DNA of 43,056 nt from Bacteroidales bacterium (GCA_034178965.1 JAXFQM010000019.1:1-43056); one strand, 5' to 3'; numbered from the stretch's first letter, positions 7,707 to 16,837 are shown. The notes: generated from the sequence alone by a model not told the origin. Numbers and translations are program-made.

Positions 7707-9596
7707 ATGTCACCAAAGGAAATCTTGAAAAGTTATTGGGGCTACGATGCCTTCCGCCCGATGCAGGAAGAAATCATCGGCAGCGTACTGGAAGGACACG
7801 ACACCCTCGCCCTGCTGCCTACAGGGGGCGGCAAGTCTGTCTGCTTCCAGGTGCCAGCCTTGGCCAAAGAGGGCATATGCCTCGTCATCACGCCCCTCAT
7901 CTCGCTGATGAAGGACCAACTTGAAACCCTTCGGCGCAGGCGGGTGAAGGCGCGCTGCCTGCATGGCGGCCTAAAACCCTACGAACGGGACGTGCTGCTG
8001 AACCAATGTGTATTCGGCAATGTGAAGTTTCTATACCTCTCGCCCGAAATGCTGCGCAGCGAAACCTTTATTGGCCACTACCGCAAGATGAACGTGAACC
8101 TGATAGCCGTGGACGAGGCGCACTGCATCTCGCAATGGGGCTACGATTTCAGACCCCCTTACCTACAGATTGGCGAAATAAGGAAATACCATCCCCACGC
8201 GCCAGTGCTGGCTCTCACTGCCACCGCCACAGAGCAAGTGGCGAAAGACATCCAAGAAAAGCTGCTTTTTAGGAACGGACGCCTCTTCAAAGGCAACTTC
8301 GCACGGCCCAACCTGGCATACACCGCCTTGAAGGAAGAGGACAAGGCTGGGAGGCTGTTGCGGATAATACGCAAAGTGGGCGGCAGCGGCATCGTATATG
8401 TGAGAAACAGGAAACGCACCGCCGCCGTGGCGGCGCAACTGAATGAGGCGGGCATCGCCGCCGTGGCCTACCACGCCGGCCTGGACACCCCCGTGCGCAA
8501 CGAGCGGCAACGCCTGTGGATGGAGGGTGCGGTGCAAGTGATGGTGGCCACCAATGCCTTTGGCATGGGCATAGACAAGCCCGATGTGCGGTATGTAGTG
8601 CACCTCGACATACCCGGCACGCCCGAGGCCTATTTCCAAGAAGCCGGACGGGCCGGGCGAGACGGCAAGAAATCCTATCCCGTGCTGCTGTTCGACGACG
8701 CCGACCTTGGGAAGCAGGAACGGCAAACAGAACTCTCCTTTCCCGACCTGAAGTACATTCGGAGCGTATACAATGCCGTTTGCAACTACTACCAGATACC
8801 AACAGGCAGCGGCGAAGGACTGCGGTTCCCCTTCAACCTGGAAGACTTCTGCCGCACCTACAACCTCTCCGTCTACACCTGCTACACGGCGCTGAACATC
8901 CTTTGCCGAGAAGGACTGATAGACATCCCCACCCGGGAAGACTCCGTTTCGCGGCTGTTCATCCGTGTGGGACGCGAGGACTTTTACCGCTTCCAAATAT
9001 CGCACCGGCAGTACGACCGCCTCTTTTCTGCCCTTCTGCGACTGTTTGGCGGACTTTTCACGGAATACACAAACATACAAGAAGGGAAGGTCGCCCGCCA
9101 GTTGGGGATGAAAGAGGAGGAAGTGTGCCTAATGCTGCGCCAACTGGACAGGATGGAGGTGGTTTCCTACGATGAAAAGATTGTAGGGCCGCGCCTCATT
9201 TTCCTATCACCACGCATGGACCCGAGCCACTTGGCGCTCACCGAGACAGACTATAAAGCCCAACAGCAACGCGCCAAGGAACGCGCTGCCGCCATGCGCA
9301 ACTACGTCTTGAACGGAGAGATGTGCCGCAGCCAGCAACTGCTTGCCTATTTTGGGGAGCGTACTACCGCCCCCTGCGGGGTATGCGACGTATGTCTTGC
9401 CCAACGCAACGCGGAACGCCTTGCCACGGCATACGACCAAATAGCGGCCACGCTGAAACAAGCTCCCTGCAACATAAAGCAACTTGCGGAGAAACTGCCG
9501 TTGGTAAGCGAAAGTGCCCTTATCTATGGCGTGCGACACCTGCTCGATGAAGGCAAAATAACCATGGACAAAGAGGGCGTTCTTGCCATTCCGTAA
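7707..9596 (+). CDS. recQ: RecQ-family ATP-dependent DNA helicase
   Basis: 629 aa. Motifs seen: YWGYDAFRPMQEEII, TGGGKS (motif I), DEAHCISQWGYDFRP (DEAH box plus the RecQ aromatic loop), ALTATAT, and a Zn-binding C..C..C pattern (CRSQ...CGVCDVC). Confidence 0.9.
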   Translation: MSPKEILKSYWGYDAFRPMQEEIIGSVLEGHDTLALLPTGGGKSVCFQVPALAKEGICLVITPLISLMKDQLETLRRRRVKARCLHGGLKPYERDVLLNQCVFGNVKFLYLSPEMLRSETFIGHYRKMNVNLIAVDEAHCISQWGYDFRPPYLQIGEIRKYHPHAPVLALTATATEQVAKDIQEKLLFRNGRLFKGNFARPNLAYTALKEEDKAGRLLRIIRKVGGSGIVYVRNRKRTAAVAAQLNEAGIAAVAYHAGLDTPVRNERQRLWMEGAVQVMVATNAFGMGIDKPDVRYVVHLDIPGTPEAYFQEAGRAGRDGKKSYPVLLFDDADLGKQERQTELSFPDLKYIRSVYNAVCNYYQIPTGSGEGLRFPFNLEDFCRTYNLSVYTCYTALNILCREGLIDIPTREDSVSRLFIRVGREDFYRFQISHRQYDRLFSALLRLFGGLFTEYTNIQEGKVARQLGMKEEEVCLMLRQLDRMEVVSYDEKIVGPRLIFLSPRMDPSHLALTETDYKAQQQRAKERAAAMRNYVLNGEMCRSQQLLAYFGERTTAPCGVCDVCLAQRNAERLATAYDQIAATLKQAPCNIKQLAEKLPLVSESALIYGVRHLLDEGKITMDKEGVLAIP

Positions 9597-9701
9597 GCCG
9601 CAACTCTTCGTAGGGGATGTATTATTGGTCGAGGATGGCATCACTGCATTACCGCAGGCTGCACCTCCTTGTCGGGGACATCGTTCATTGTTTTAGGGGG
9701 G

Positions 9702-10271
9702 CTACCGTACCGCAAGACGCTGCAATTCTTTGTAGAGGCGAGACAGGGGAAGCCCCATCACATTATAGTAGCAGCCCTCTATGCGTTCCACAGCAACCAT
9801 ACCTATCCACTCCTGTATGCCGTATGCTCCCGCCTTGTCGTAGGGCTTAAAGTGGTCAATATAGTACGCAATCTCCGCTTGCCCCAATTGGCGGAAGTGC
9901 ACGTCGGTGCGCTCCGTGAAGGAAACGAACCGTTCAGCGTTGCGCAGGCAAACGCCAGTGTAGACTTGGTGCACATCGCCAGCCAATCTTTGCAGCATGC
10001 CTTGCGCCTCCTTCCTATTTCGGGGCTTGCCCATCGCCTCGCCGCAGTGCACCACGACGGTGTCGGCAGCTACCAACACCTGTCCCTTCAGCAACTCCGC
10101 CCCATAGGCCTGCGACTTGAGACAAGCCAACGCTTCCGCCCTCTCTTCAGGGGGGAGGGGCGAGTCGAGTTTTTCTTCCACGTCAAGGTCCACAAAGGAT
10201 ACCTTATATCCCAATTCTCCCAGCAGTTGTCTTCTCCTTGGAGAATGCGAGGCAAGCAACAGTTCTATCAT
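9702..10271 (-). CDS. maf: Maf-family nucleoside triphosphate pyrophosphatase (septum formation protein Maf)
   Basis: 189 aa. Motifs seen: LLLASHSPRRRQLLGELG, ...DTVV...GKP..., ...AGAYGIQE.... Its ATG overlaps the stop of the upstream MORN gene (ATGA at 10268..10271). Confidence 0.85.
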   Translation of the reverse strand: MIELLLASHSPRRRQLLGELGYKVSFVDLDVEEKLDSPLPPEERAEALACLKSQAYGAELLKGQVLVAADTVVVHCGEAMGKPRNRKEAQGMLQRLAGDVHQVYTGVCLRNAERFVSFTERTDVHFRQLGQAEIAYYIDHFKPYDKAGAYGIQEWIGMVAVERIEGCYYNVMGLPLSRLYKELQRLAVR

Positions 10272-11470
10272 TTCACCACTTTACCATGGTCAAACCGCAT
10301 CACGACGGCCTCCTTGCCGTAGTCGTCGTAGAACACCCATTTCCCGTGTTTCTCGCCATCCACGAAGTTGCCTTTTTCCTCGGGCTTTCCCGCGCTGTTG
10401 TAGCGCTCGAAAGGCCCGTTCCACACGCCATGGCTCCAATTCGTCCTGCTTTCTAGCTTGCCATTAGAGAAATAGCGCAACTCCTCCCCGTCCTTGTTGT
10501 CGTTGCGGTAGCGAATGACATAGCGCGGTCTGCCGTCGTCGTAAAAGGCCTTCCATTCCCCGTCTTTCAGTCCGTTGCGGAAGAAGCCGGTATAGTCCAC
10601 GTTGCCACTTTCGTAGTAACTGGTCCAAACGCCGCTCTCCTTACCGTTGCTGTATTTTCCTTCATGCAGCTTGTCGCCGCTCTCGTACCACGTGGTCCAA
10701 GTGCCTTCGCGTTTGCCCGACACATATTCTCCCTCTCTCCAGCGCTCACCTGTCTCGTAGTAATAGGTCCAAATGCCGTTTTCTTTGCCTTGCTGGTAGG
10801 TACCGCGTATGCCCAGTTTGCCGTTTGTGCGCCAGTAGAAGAGCCATTCTCCCTCTTGGTCACCGTCCACCAAATTGCCTTCCATATCTGTCTTGCCCTC
10901 CGGCGTCCACCAAATGCCACTGCCGTTCAACTCATTGTTGCGGTAGGTTCCTTGGAATTTAAGTTGTCCGTTGTCGTGCCATTCTTTAGTGCCGCCTTCA
11001 CGCACGCCGTTATGGAACGGTATTTCGTCCTTTTGCTGTCCGTTTTCATACCACGACTTGTACATGCCGTTCTTTTTTCCGTCCACCACCTTCACCTCGC
11101 TTTTCAACTTACCGTTTAGGTACCATTCGCGGGACGTGCCGTTGCCCGAATAATACTCTTCTGCACAGCGGCTTCCATCATCGTAGAATGCCTTCCATAC
11201 ACCTGTTTTTCTCCCTTCATCGTCGTAGGCGCCGCGTTGGTACACGCGTCCGTTCGGGTGCCACCACGTCCAGTCACCCGTGCGCGTGCTGTCGTCTTTG
11301 ATGGTGCCTTCCAGGGCGGGGTGCTGCTGCGCTGGGTCGTAGTAGCGTTGGTAATGATTTTGTGCCCTAACGCCAAGGGAGAGTGAGAGGAGAAGAAAGG
11401 CGATGGGCCATGTTGGGGTCTGTTTCATGCTTTTTCTGTGAGAGAAGTGTTTTTGGAGATTGACTTTCAC
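10268..11470 (-). CDS. MORN-repeat-variant / YwqK-like repeat protein, secreted
   Basis: 400 aa made of about 15 repeats of the form G.W..(W/Y)Y.NG....EG.Y..GK..G.W. The signal peptide MKQTPTWPIAFLLLSLSLGVRAQ begins at the alternative ATG 11428, which may be the true start. Confidence 0.75.
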   Translation of the reverse strand: MKVNLQKHFSHRKSMKQTPTWPIAFLLLSLSLGVRAQNHYQRYYDPAQQHPALEGTIKDDSTRTGDWTWWHPNGRVYQRGAYDDEGRKTGVWKAFYDDGSRCAEEYYSGNGTSREWYLNGKLKSEVKVVDGKKNGMYKSWYENGQQKDEIPFHNGVREGGTKEWHDNGQLKFQGTYRNNELNGSGIWWTPEGKTDMEGNLVDGDQEGEWLFYWRTNGKLGIRGTYQQGKENGIWTYYYETGERWREGEYVSGKREGTWTTWYESGDKLHEGKYSNGKESGVWTSYYESGNVDYTGFFRNGLKDGEWKAFYDDGRPRYVIRYRNDNKDGEELRYFSNGKLESRTNWSHGVWNGPFERYNSAGKPEEKGNFVDGEKHGKWVFYDDYGKEAVVMRFDHGKVVK

Positions 11471-11472
11471 GC

Positions 11473-12726
11473 TTATTCGCTGTATACCACTTCCACGCAG
11501 ATGGGGTTCTGTTTGGCGGTGCCATTGATGACCACGCGCCGCGGGCTGCTGCGCCGGCCGTCCAGGTAGATGAGCGTGCCGAAATCGTTGCCGCTGAGCA
11601 GCATCTTTTGCAGGTGCTGCGTGATGCGGATGCGGTAGCAGGTACTGTCAATCTTGTTGGTGCCGTCGTAACCCGTGTAGGTGTAAGCATCCAGCATGTC
11701 GGGGATGCCTATGCTGCTGCCATCGGCGTATTGTTTGTAGGTCTGTAACTTGTCGGGATGGTAGTTGTCGCTTTCACTCGTTGCAATCGGCAGCCGCATC
11801 ACGGCATAATTAATTACTGCGTTGGGGTGCGCCACACGGAACGTGTCAATCCACGCACGCATGTCCACGCAAAGGTATGTGCCGCCGAAAGGCTCGAGAT
11901 ACAGGAAGTTCGTGCCGGGCATGGAGTCGTTCGGTGTCGTAGCGAATGGTGCAAGCGACGAGCCGGCATATTGGTGGGTGTAGTGGCTGAAGTGGGTCCC
12001 GCCTTTTCCTATGCCCAGGTTCACCTCGCGCACAATGTTGTCGTAGCGGTAGTGGATGGTTATCCGGGTTTTTTCGGCCGCCAAGTTGATGGTGACCATC
12101 TTATCGTCGTCATTCAAGGCAATGCGGATGCCCTTGGCGTAATCTATCAACTGGCGCGCGTTCAGTGTTTGACGCGCGAACAGCGCAGACGCGTTGTCTC
12201 TCAATTTCAGGCGCGCCGTCATCGTGTCGCTGCGGGTTACGTTCACCATGCCATCGAAGAAACAGGCTCCACCGAGGGCTATGGTGTCGAAAGCGTAATA
12301 CGCCGAGTCGGTCATAGGTGCCTCCGCCAATTGGTCCACGCGGAAATGCAGGCTGTAACTGTCTCCCGCCGGGGGATACACATCGCTGAGCACCAGCGTC
12401 AGCACCACGGAGTCTATCACGCATTTATCGTCGAAAGCGATGCCGTTGCTGTTGGTTATTTGGGTGTAATAGGTTCCCCTCACCGTTCCGAAAACCCCAT
12501 CGCTGTAATTGCCTATCACCGCGGAGGAGTATCCGCTTGTTTTCAGCGAGTCTTCCAGCATGGTGAAAGCGGTCAGCATCACGGTGTCGCGCTTTCCGTC
12601 AAACAGCGTGGCAGGGTCTTGCAACCCCACGCCAATGTTCGACGGCTCTTCCGTGCAACTCGCAAACAAGGCTGCACCCGCCATAGCGGCGGCAAGGACG
12701 AGCAGTATATTGATTATTTTTTTCAT
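11473..12726 (-). CDS. DUF4270-like lipoprotein
   Basis: 417 aa with a lipoprotein signal, MKKIINILLVLAAAMAGAALFASC (lipobox Cys). Its position next to the short glycogen-synthase-like gene is the typical Bacteroidales DUF4270 neighbourhood. The family was assigned from memory of that context and was not searched. Confidence 0.6.
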   Translation of the reverse strand: MKKIINILLVLAAAMAGAALFASCTEEPSNIGVGLQDPATLFDGKRDTVMLTAFTMLEDSLKTSGYSSAVIGNYSDGVFGTVRGTYYTQITNSNGIAFDDKCVIDSVVLTLVLSDVYPPAGDSYSLHFRVDQLAEAPMTDSAYYAFDTIALGGACFFDGMVNVTRSDTMTARLKLRDNASALFARQTLNARQLIDYAKGIRIALNDDDKMVTINLAAEKTRITIHYRYDNIVREVNLGIGKGGTHFSHYTHQYAGSSLAPFATTPNDSMPGTNFLYLEPFGGTYLCVDMRAWIDTFRVAHPNAVINYAVMRLPIATSESDNYHPDKLQTYKQYADGSSIGIPDMLDAYTYTGYDGTNKIDSTCYRIRITQHLQKMLLSGNDFGTLIYLDGRRSSPRRVVINGTAKQNPICVEVVYSE

Positions 12727-12774
12727 ATTTAATAATAACGCGGAAAAGACGGAAATATTGCGTGGCGCGCCAAA

Positions 12775-13602
12775 TTAATCGTGATTGATGGCTGGCCCCG
12801 CCACAATATCGTAGAATTGGTTTATCTGCGCGAAGAACTCCGCCTCGTCTGGGCAGTAGTCCAGCACGTTCTTTTTCGTGTCCTTGGCAAAATCAATCAA
12901 CTCCTTGTCCACTTCGGGGTCGGCAATCACCACCCCGTGCGCGTAGGTGATGGCCGCCATCATCAGCCGCTTCCAGTCCAAGTCTTGATACATGCGCAAA
13001 TCCTTTGCCGTGGCTCCGTCGGCCTTGAGCTTGCGTTCGAGCTCATCGCCGAAATTGCCCTTAAACTTGTCGTTGGTGAGCGTGAACACGGTGCGCGTGC
13101 CGTTAAAGAAGGCGTTTTCTTTGTTGATGCGTCGCAGGTAGAATGGAATCATGCAGGTAAACCACCCCGTAAAGTGGATGACGTGCGGCTGCCACGCCAG
13201 TTTCCTCACCGCCTCCAGCACGCCGCGGCAGAAAAAGAGCGTCCTCTCGTCGTTGTCTTTCACAAAACGGCCCCTGCCGTCGAACAGACCTCCGCGCTTG
13301 ACGAAATACTCCTCGTTGTCGATGAAGTACACCTGCATGCGCCCCGTAGGCACGGTGCCTACTTTGATGATGAGCTGGTGGTCGCAATTGTTCACGATGA
13401 GGTTCATCCCCGAAAGGCGTATCACCTCGTGCAGCTGATTGCGCCTTTCGTTGATGGTACTGAAGCGGGGCATAAAAATGCGTATCTCTCGGCCCGCCTG
13501 CTGCGCGGCGGCAGGCAGAAACTGTCCAAAATGTGCGTTCGGTGTATCGGAGGTGAACGGCGTAATTTCTTGATTTACATATAGTATTTTACCTTTTCCC
13601 AT
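12775..13602 (-). CDS. short glycogen/starch-synthase-like protein (GT5 N-terminal-domain type)
   Basis: MGKGKILYVNQEITPF...FMPRF..I..RRNQLHEVIRLSGMN resembles the N-terminal half of GlgA. I chose the start at 13602 because a TAnnTTTG box (13628..13635) lies inside the longer track ORF that starts at 13656. Confidence 0.75.
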   Translation of the reverse strand: MGKGKILYVNQEITPFTSDTPNAHFGQFLPAAAQQAGREIRIFMPRFSTINERRNQLHEVIRLSGMNLIVNNCDHQLIIKVGTVPTGRMQVYFIDNEEYFVKRGGLFDGRGRFVKDNDERTLFFCRGVLEAVRKLAWQPHVIHFTGWFTCMIPFYLRRINKENAFFNGTRTVFTLTNDKFKGNFGDELERKLKADGATAKDLRMYQDLDWKRLMMAAITYAHGVVIADPEVDKELIDFAKDTKKNVLDYCPDEAEFFAQINQFYDIVAGPAINHD

Positions 13603-13627
13603 AGCAAAAACATTTTGTTTTACAATG

Positions 13628-13635
13628 CAAAGATA
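13628..13635 (-). promoter_or_regulatory. -7 box TAtcTTTG (minus strand)
   Basis: caaagata sits within tgcaaagatacgattttttttt, 26 nt upstream of the ATG at 13602. Confidence 0.5.
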
Positions 13636-13733
13636 CGATTTTTTTTTGACATGCAAGCCACAAAGTGCCTTCCTTTTAAGGTTTTTAATAAATAATTAAC
13701 ACACTTTTTTTCTGCCATTTCAAAAAATATGCC

Positions 13734-13741
13734 TATCTTTG
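13734..13741 (+). promoter_or_regulatory. -7 box TAtcTTTG (plus strand)
   Basis: tatctttg lies 48 nt upstream of the recX-like ATG at 13789. It is divergent from the 13628 box. Confidence 0.5.
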
Positions 13742-13788
13742 CTTTGCCATATGTGTGCCGTAAAAAAACGAGAACTTGATATAACTAT

Positions 13789-15390
13789 TTGAAAGAAAGT
13801 GATAATATGATACCAGAATTCAATGAAAACGAGTTGCCATTTGTGCAACGTGCGGAGCGATATTGTGCTGGTGACGAGCAATGCGTCTCCTCTGTGCGCA
13901 CCAAACTGATGACGTGGGGCGCCGACAGACAGCTTATTGAGCGAATACTCCAGTACTTGTGCCGCGAAGACTTCATCAATGAACAACGCTATGCCCACGC
14001 CTATTGCAAAACCAAGATGCGCGGCCAAAAATGGGGGCGCATCAAACTTTCCTACCAACTGCGCAGCAAGTTGTTACCGCGCGAGGTGGTGGAAGAGGCC
14101 ATCGCCTCCATCGACCCCGAGGAATACCACCAAATCATGATAGATTTGGCCGTAAAAAAGTGGAAAGAACTGGAACACGACACCTTGAAAGGGCGCAGCA
14201 AACTGGCTTACTATCTGCAAAGCCACGGATACGAGGCAGGGGAAATCCAGGATGCACTGAAAGAGGTGACGGGCGATGGACGCATAGATAAGGAGATAGG
14301 GGAAGAGGCGGGTGACGCTAAGAAGAAAGGCAGTGGCCGCGCCCTCATCACGCTGGCCCTATTGCTGCTGGCTGGCGGAATGGCCTCGGCACAGAACGAT
14401 ACGGCAGACCTGAAAATCAAGCATAAAGGCACTTGGACCACCTCCAGCACCCCTGCGCTGAAACTGGACCAACACTATTACCAAAACTGGTCAGCCACGG
14501 GTATCTCGCAATTTTCGTTCCTTGGCACTTTCGATGGCGACTACAAATATTCCGCAGAAAAGTTCACATGGGACAATGTGGCGAACCTGGCGCTGGGTCT
14601 CTATTGGCAGGACCTGGATGGCGACACCTCGCAACACGGCCTGCGCGCCTTCGAAAGCCGCAGAAAAAACGACGACAAGATTGACCTCACCTCCACGTTC
14701 TCAATGAAACTGCGCGACCCCTGGAACCTGAACGCCATCGCCAACTTCAAAAGCCAATTCTTTCCAGGCTACAACTACACAGCCACCGACACCGCGCTGA
14801 TGAGCAACTTCATGGCACCAGCCTATCTCACCACCTCCATTGGTTTTGAATGCAAGAAAGAATTTTGGAATATCTCATTTTCATTCCTCACAGGAAAGAC
14901 CACCTTCCTGCTGAACGAGGACGTAGTGGCGGCAGGCCAGTTCTATGGCGTGGACACCAGCGGCGGAGCCAGGATATACGCAGGGTTGGGCAGTTACTTC
15001 AAATTCTACTTCAAAAAGGAAGTGGCCAAAAACCTTCTCTTCTACACGCGGCTTGAGTTGTTCTACGACTACCGCAAACCTCGCTACCACGACAACATCA
15101 CCCGGAACGACCCCGTCGCCTATGGCGCGTGGGACGATGTCTCCATGATGGACGCCAATGCCTGGAAACGAGGCACTTATTGCCTATTCCACGACACAGA
15201 TATAGACTTCGAATACAAACTGGAATATCGCTTCAACAATTGGCTGGCATGCTATACCGCGCTGCACACCAAATACGACAGCGATTTTGCAGGTACGCAC
15301 CGTTTCTTCGGCAAAGAAGACAGCCATTGGCAACTTTACGAAAGCACTGGCGTACAAATATACTTCAATTGGAAGACCCCTTCGACCTAA
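13789..15390 (+). CDS. recX: single ORF fusing a RecX-like regulator (about aa 1-165) to a DUF3078-like outer-membrane protein (about aa 185-533) with an internal signal peptide
   Basis: The N-terminal part has RecX-type helical repeats (...RAERYCAGDEQCVSSVRTKLMTWGADRQLIERILQYLCREDFINEQRYAHAYCKTKMRGQKWGRIKLSYQLRSKLLP...). A linker follows, then KKKGSGRALITLALLLLAGGMASAQ (signal-peptide-like). The remainder is rich in beta strands and aromatics (W..........Q.YYQNWSATG...). No stop codon separates the two parts in this frame. Confidence 0.6.
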   Translation: MKESDNMIPEFNENELPFVQRAERYCAGDEQCVSSVRTKLMTWGADRQLIERILQYLCREDFINEQRYAHAYCKTKMRGQKWGRIKLSYQLRSKLLPREVVEEAIASIDPEEYHQIMIDLAVKKWKELEHDTLKGRSKLAYYLQSHGYEAGEIQDALKEVTGDGRIDKEIGEEAGDAKKKGSGRALITLALLLLAGGMASAQNDTADLKIKHKGTWTTSSTPALKLDQHYYQNWSATGISQFSFLGTFDGDYKYSAEKFTWDNVANLALGLYWQDLDGDTSQHGLRAFESRRKNDDKIDLTSTFSMKLRDPWNLNAIANFKSQFFPGYNYTATDTALMSNFMAPAYLTTSIGFECKKEFWNISFSFLTGKTTFLLNEDVVAAGQFYGVDTSGGARIYAGLGSYFKFYFKKEVAKNLLFYTRLELFYDYRKPRYHDNITRNDPVAYGAWDDVSMMDANAWKRGTYCLFHDTDIDFEYKLEYRFNNWLACYTALHTKYDSDFAGTHRFFGKEDSHWQLYESTGVQIYFNWKTPST

Positions 15391-15413
15391 CCCTGCCTTG
15401 AAGCAGAGACTGT

Positions 15414-15466
15414 GGCAGCACCATGCCAGCACTGCGCGTCGCTTTCAGTGTTGCCTTGGTGCTGTC
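15414..15466. repeat. imperfect 21-bp inverted repeat between convergent genes (possible bidirectional terminator), sharing the GGCAGCACC core
   Basis: Arm 15414..15434 is ggcagcaccatgccagcactg and arm 15446..15466 is cagtgttgccttggtgctgtc. By my hand alignment 17 of 21 positions are complementary, with an 11-nt spacer. Confidence 0.45.
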
Positions 15467-15547
15467 GCAGTTCTTGGTCTCCTTAGGCATGGCACGCAAC
15501 AATGCGTGGCGAACACCTGCCAACAAAGGAGCACACGGGCTACGGCG

Positions 15548-16372
15548 TTACTTGAAGTCAATGTCAACGGTACTGTTCACCTTAAGACCGAGCAATCTTT
15601 CCGCGCTTGCGCGACACACGGCCAACTGCAAATAACCCGTGCTCGACACCGTCAAGACGAGTTGCGTTATCCTTTCGCTGCCGTCCCCATCATCGTACGA
15701 CTGGACTATCCTGCTGACGCACTCTCCTCCTATCGAAGACACCGTCAACACAAAATGGCGGCCGGCGCGAAGTTCCTCGAAGCGCTCGTACGTCAAATCG
15801 AGATTAGCGTTTCCATAACTATCTATATAGGCAATGTGCGCCGACACCTTCGAGGGAGCCTCAATAGGCACGAGCCACGTCATCTGCTTCAGTTCAGAGA
15901 CCCTGTATCCCAGGTCGGCCATAGCGCCTCCCTCGGCCAAGTGCTTGGCCACCTTGCAGAACAGGTTGTAGGCGGCGAAAGTATAAAAATCGCCATCCTG
16001 TGCCACGTTCAGCTGCACCACTTCCTCAAAGTCGTTTCCAAACACCGCCGCCGGCATCCCATTGTCCGTACAAATAAAATACTGCCCTCTGCTGCGCACC
16101 ACGACGAAGGCCTCGTCCTTGCTCTCCACCGCGTTCACATCAATGAGGTGTATCGTCTCCTCTGGGAAACCCATGCACGCATGCTTCACCACAAAGGCGG
16201 CCTGGTTTTGGTCGAAGTGGGCTATCTCGTGCGTAATGTCTATGATGCGCGCCTCTGGAATTAACCGCAACAGTCGCCCCTTCACCATGCCCGCGAAGAA
16301 ATCGCGCGTACCCCAGTCGGTCGTAAGGGTTATTATGGGATGTCTCATTTCCTCTGTAAAGATTTTATGCAT
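15548..16372 (-). CDS. SAM hydrolase / SAM-dependent halogenase family protein (S-adenosyl-L-methionine hydroxide adenosyltransferase, DUF62)
   Basis: 274 aa. The N-terminus IITLTTDWGTRDFFAGMVKGRLL and ...IIDITHEI..F....AAF... are typical of the family. An alternative start (MRHPIITL...) lies at 16348. Confidence 0.8.
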   Translation of the reverse strand: MHKIFTEEMRHPIITLTTDWGTRDFFAGMVKGRLLRLIPEARIIDITHEIAHFDQNQAAFVVKHACMGFPEETIHLIDVNAVESKDEAFVVVRSRGQYFICTDNGMPAAVFGNDFEEVVQLNVAQDGDFYTFAAYNLFCKVAKHLAEGGAMADLGYRVSELKQMTWLVPIEAPSKVSAHIAYIDSYGNANLDLTYERFEELRAGRHFVLTVSSIGGECVSRIVQSYDDGDGSERITQLVLTVSSTGYLQLAVCRASAERLLGLKVNSTVDIDFK

Positions 16373-16423
16373 GAATTAGTTACATTTCACCGCCGCCTTT
16401 CTCCGCCAGCAAAATCCAATTTG

Positions 16424-16431
16424 CAAAATTA
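16424..16431 (-). promoter_or_regulatory. -7 box TAatTTTG (minus strand)
   Basis: caaaatta sits in ttgcaaaattacgaatt, 52 nt upstream of the ATG at 16372. Confidence 0.45.
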
Positions 16432-16500
16432 CGAATTATTTTCTTCTCGGCACTTATATTTTTTGTTCAAGAAATATTTCCGCATGTCCTATTTATTTTG

Positions 16501-16508
16501 TATATTTG
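16501..16508 (+). promoter_or_regulatory. -7 box TAtaTTTG (plus strand) for the DUF4492-cydAB operon
   Basis: tatatttg lies 54 nt upstream of the ATG at 16562. Confidence 0.45.
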
Positions 16509-16561
16509 CATTGTCTTTTCCAATCGAATACCGATTGTATTTTTTAGAGAACGAATTATAA

Positions 16562-16837
16562 ATGAGCAAGAAAAAAGCAGCTGAAGGCCTTGGAAAGGTG
16601 GTCAACTTCTACATAGAAGGGTTTCGCAACATGACGTGGGGTCGCACGTTGTGGGCGTTGGTGCTGCTAAAGGTATTCATCTTATTTGCCATCTTGCGTT
16701 TAGTCTTTTTCCGACCAGCCATGGCAGGGAAAACCGATGCACAAAAAAGCGAGATGGTGGCCGAACTATTGACAGAGCAACCACAAAAACCCATTAATAA
16801 AAGCATGACAATATGTTACTCTTGGATTCTCTTGTAA
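16562..16837 (+). CDS. small membrane protein, DUF4492-like (cydAB-associated)
   Basis: 91 aa with one hydrophobic helix (WGRTLWALVLLKVFILFAILRLVFF). It sits immediately upstream of cydA and overlaps it by 25 nt, as seen upstream of cydAB in Bacteroidales. Confidence 0.6.
   Translation: MSKKKAAEGLGKVVNFYIEGFRNMTWGRTLWALVLLKVFILFAILRLVFFRPAMAGKTDAQKSEMVAELLTEQPQKPINKSMTICYSWILL

Noticed and set aside
7474-7728. Short ORFs (62-84 aa) between the T9SS pair and recQ
   Set aside because: They overlap the terminator hairpin and each other in three frames and are Arg/Pro-rich. No support for coding.
8163-9080. Long antisense or alternative-frame ORFs inside confirmed genes: 8163..9080, 11758..12732, 12781..13584, 15287..16264, 16816..17748, 27877..28839, 37553..38503, 1461..2237 and many shorter ones
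   Set aside because: Each fully overlaps a gene with strong family motifs. Their translations are Arg/Gly/His/Val-rich low-complexity sequence, as expected from the reverse or shifted frames of GC3-biased coding DNA. No motifs were recognised.
12775-13602. The glycogen synthase looks truncated (about 275 aa versus about 480 aa for GlgA)
   Set aside because: As far as I recall, this short N-terminal-domain-only form adjacent to a DUF4270 lipoprotein is a conserved Bacteroidales arrangement. I therefore do not treat it as a pseudogene, unlike the murD case, where conserved motifs are also eroded.
13603-13656. Longer start for the glycogen-synthase-like gene (MHVKKKSYLCIVKQNVFA...)
   Set aside because: The extension contains the TAnnTTTG promoter box (13628..13635). 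Homolog-like sequence begins at MGKGKILYV.
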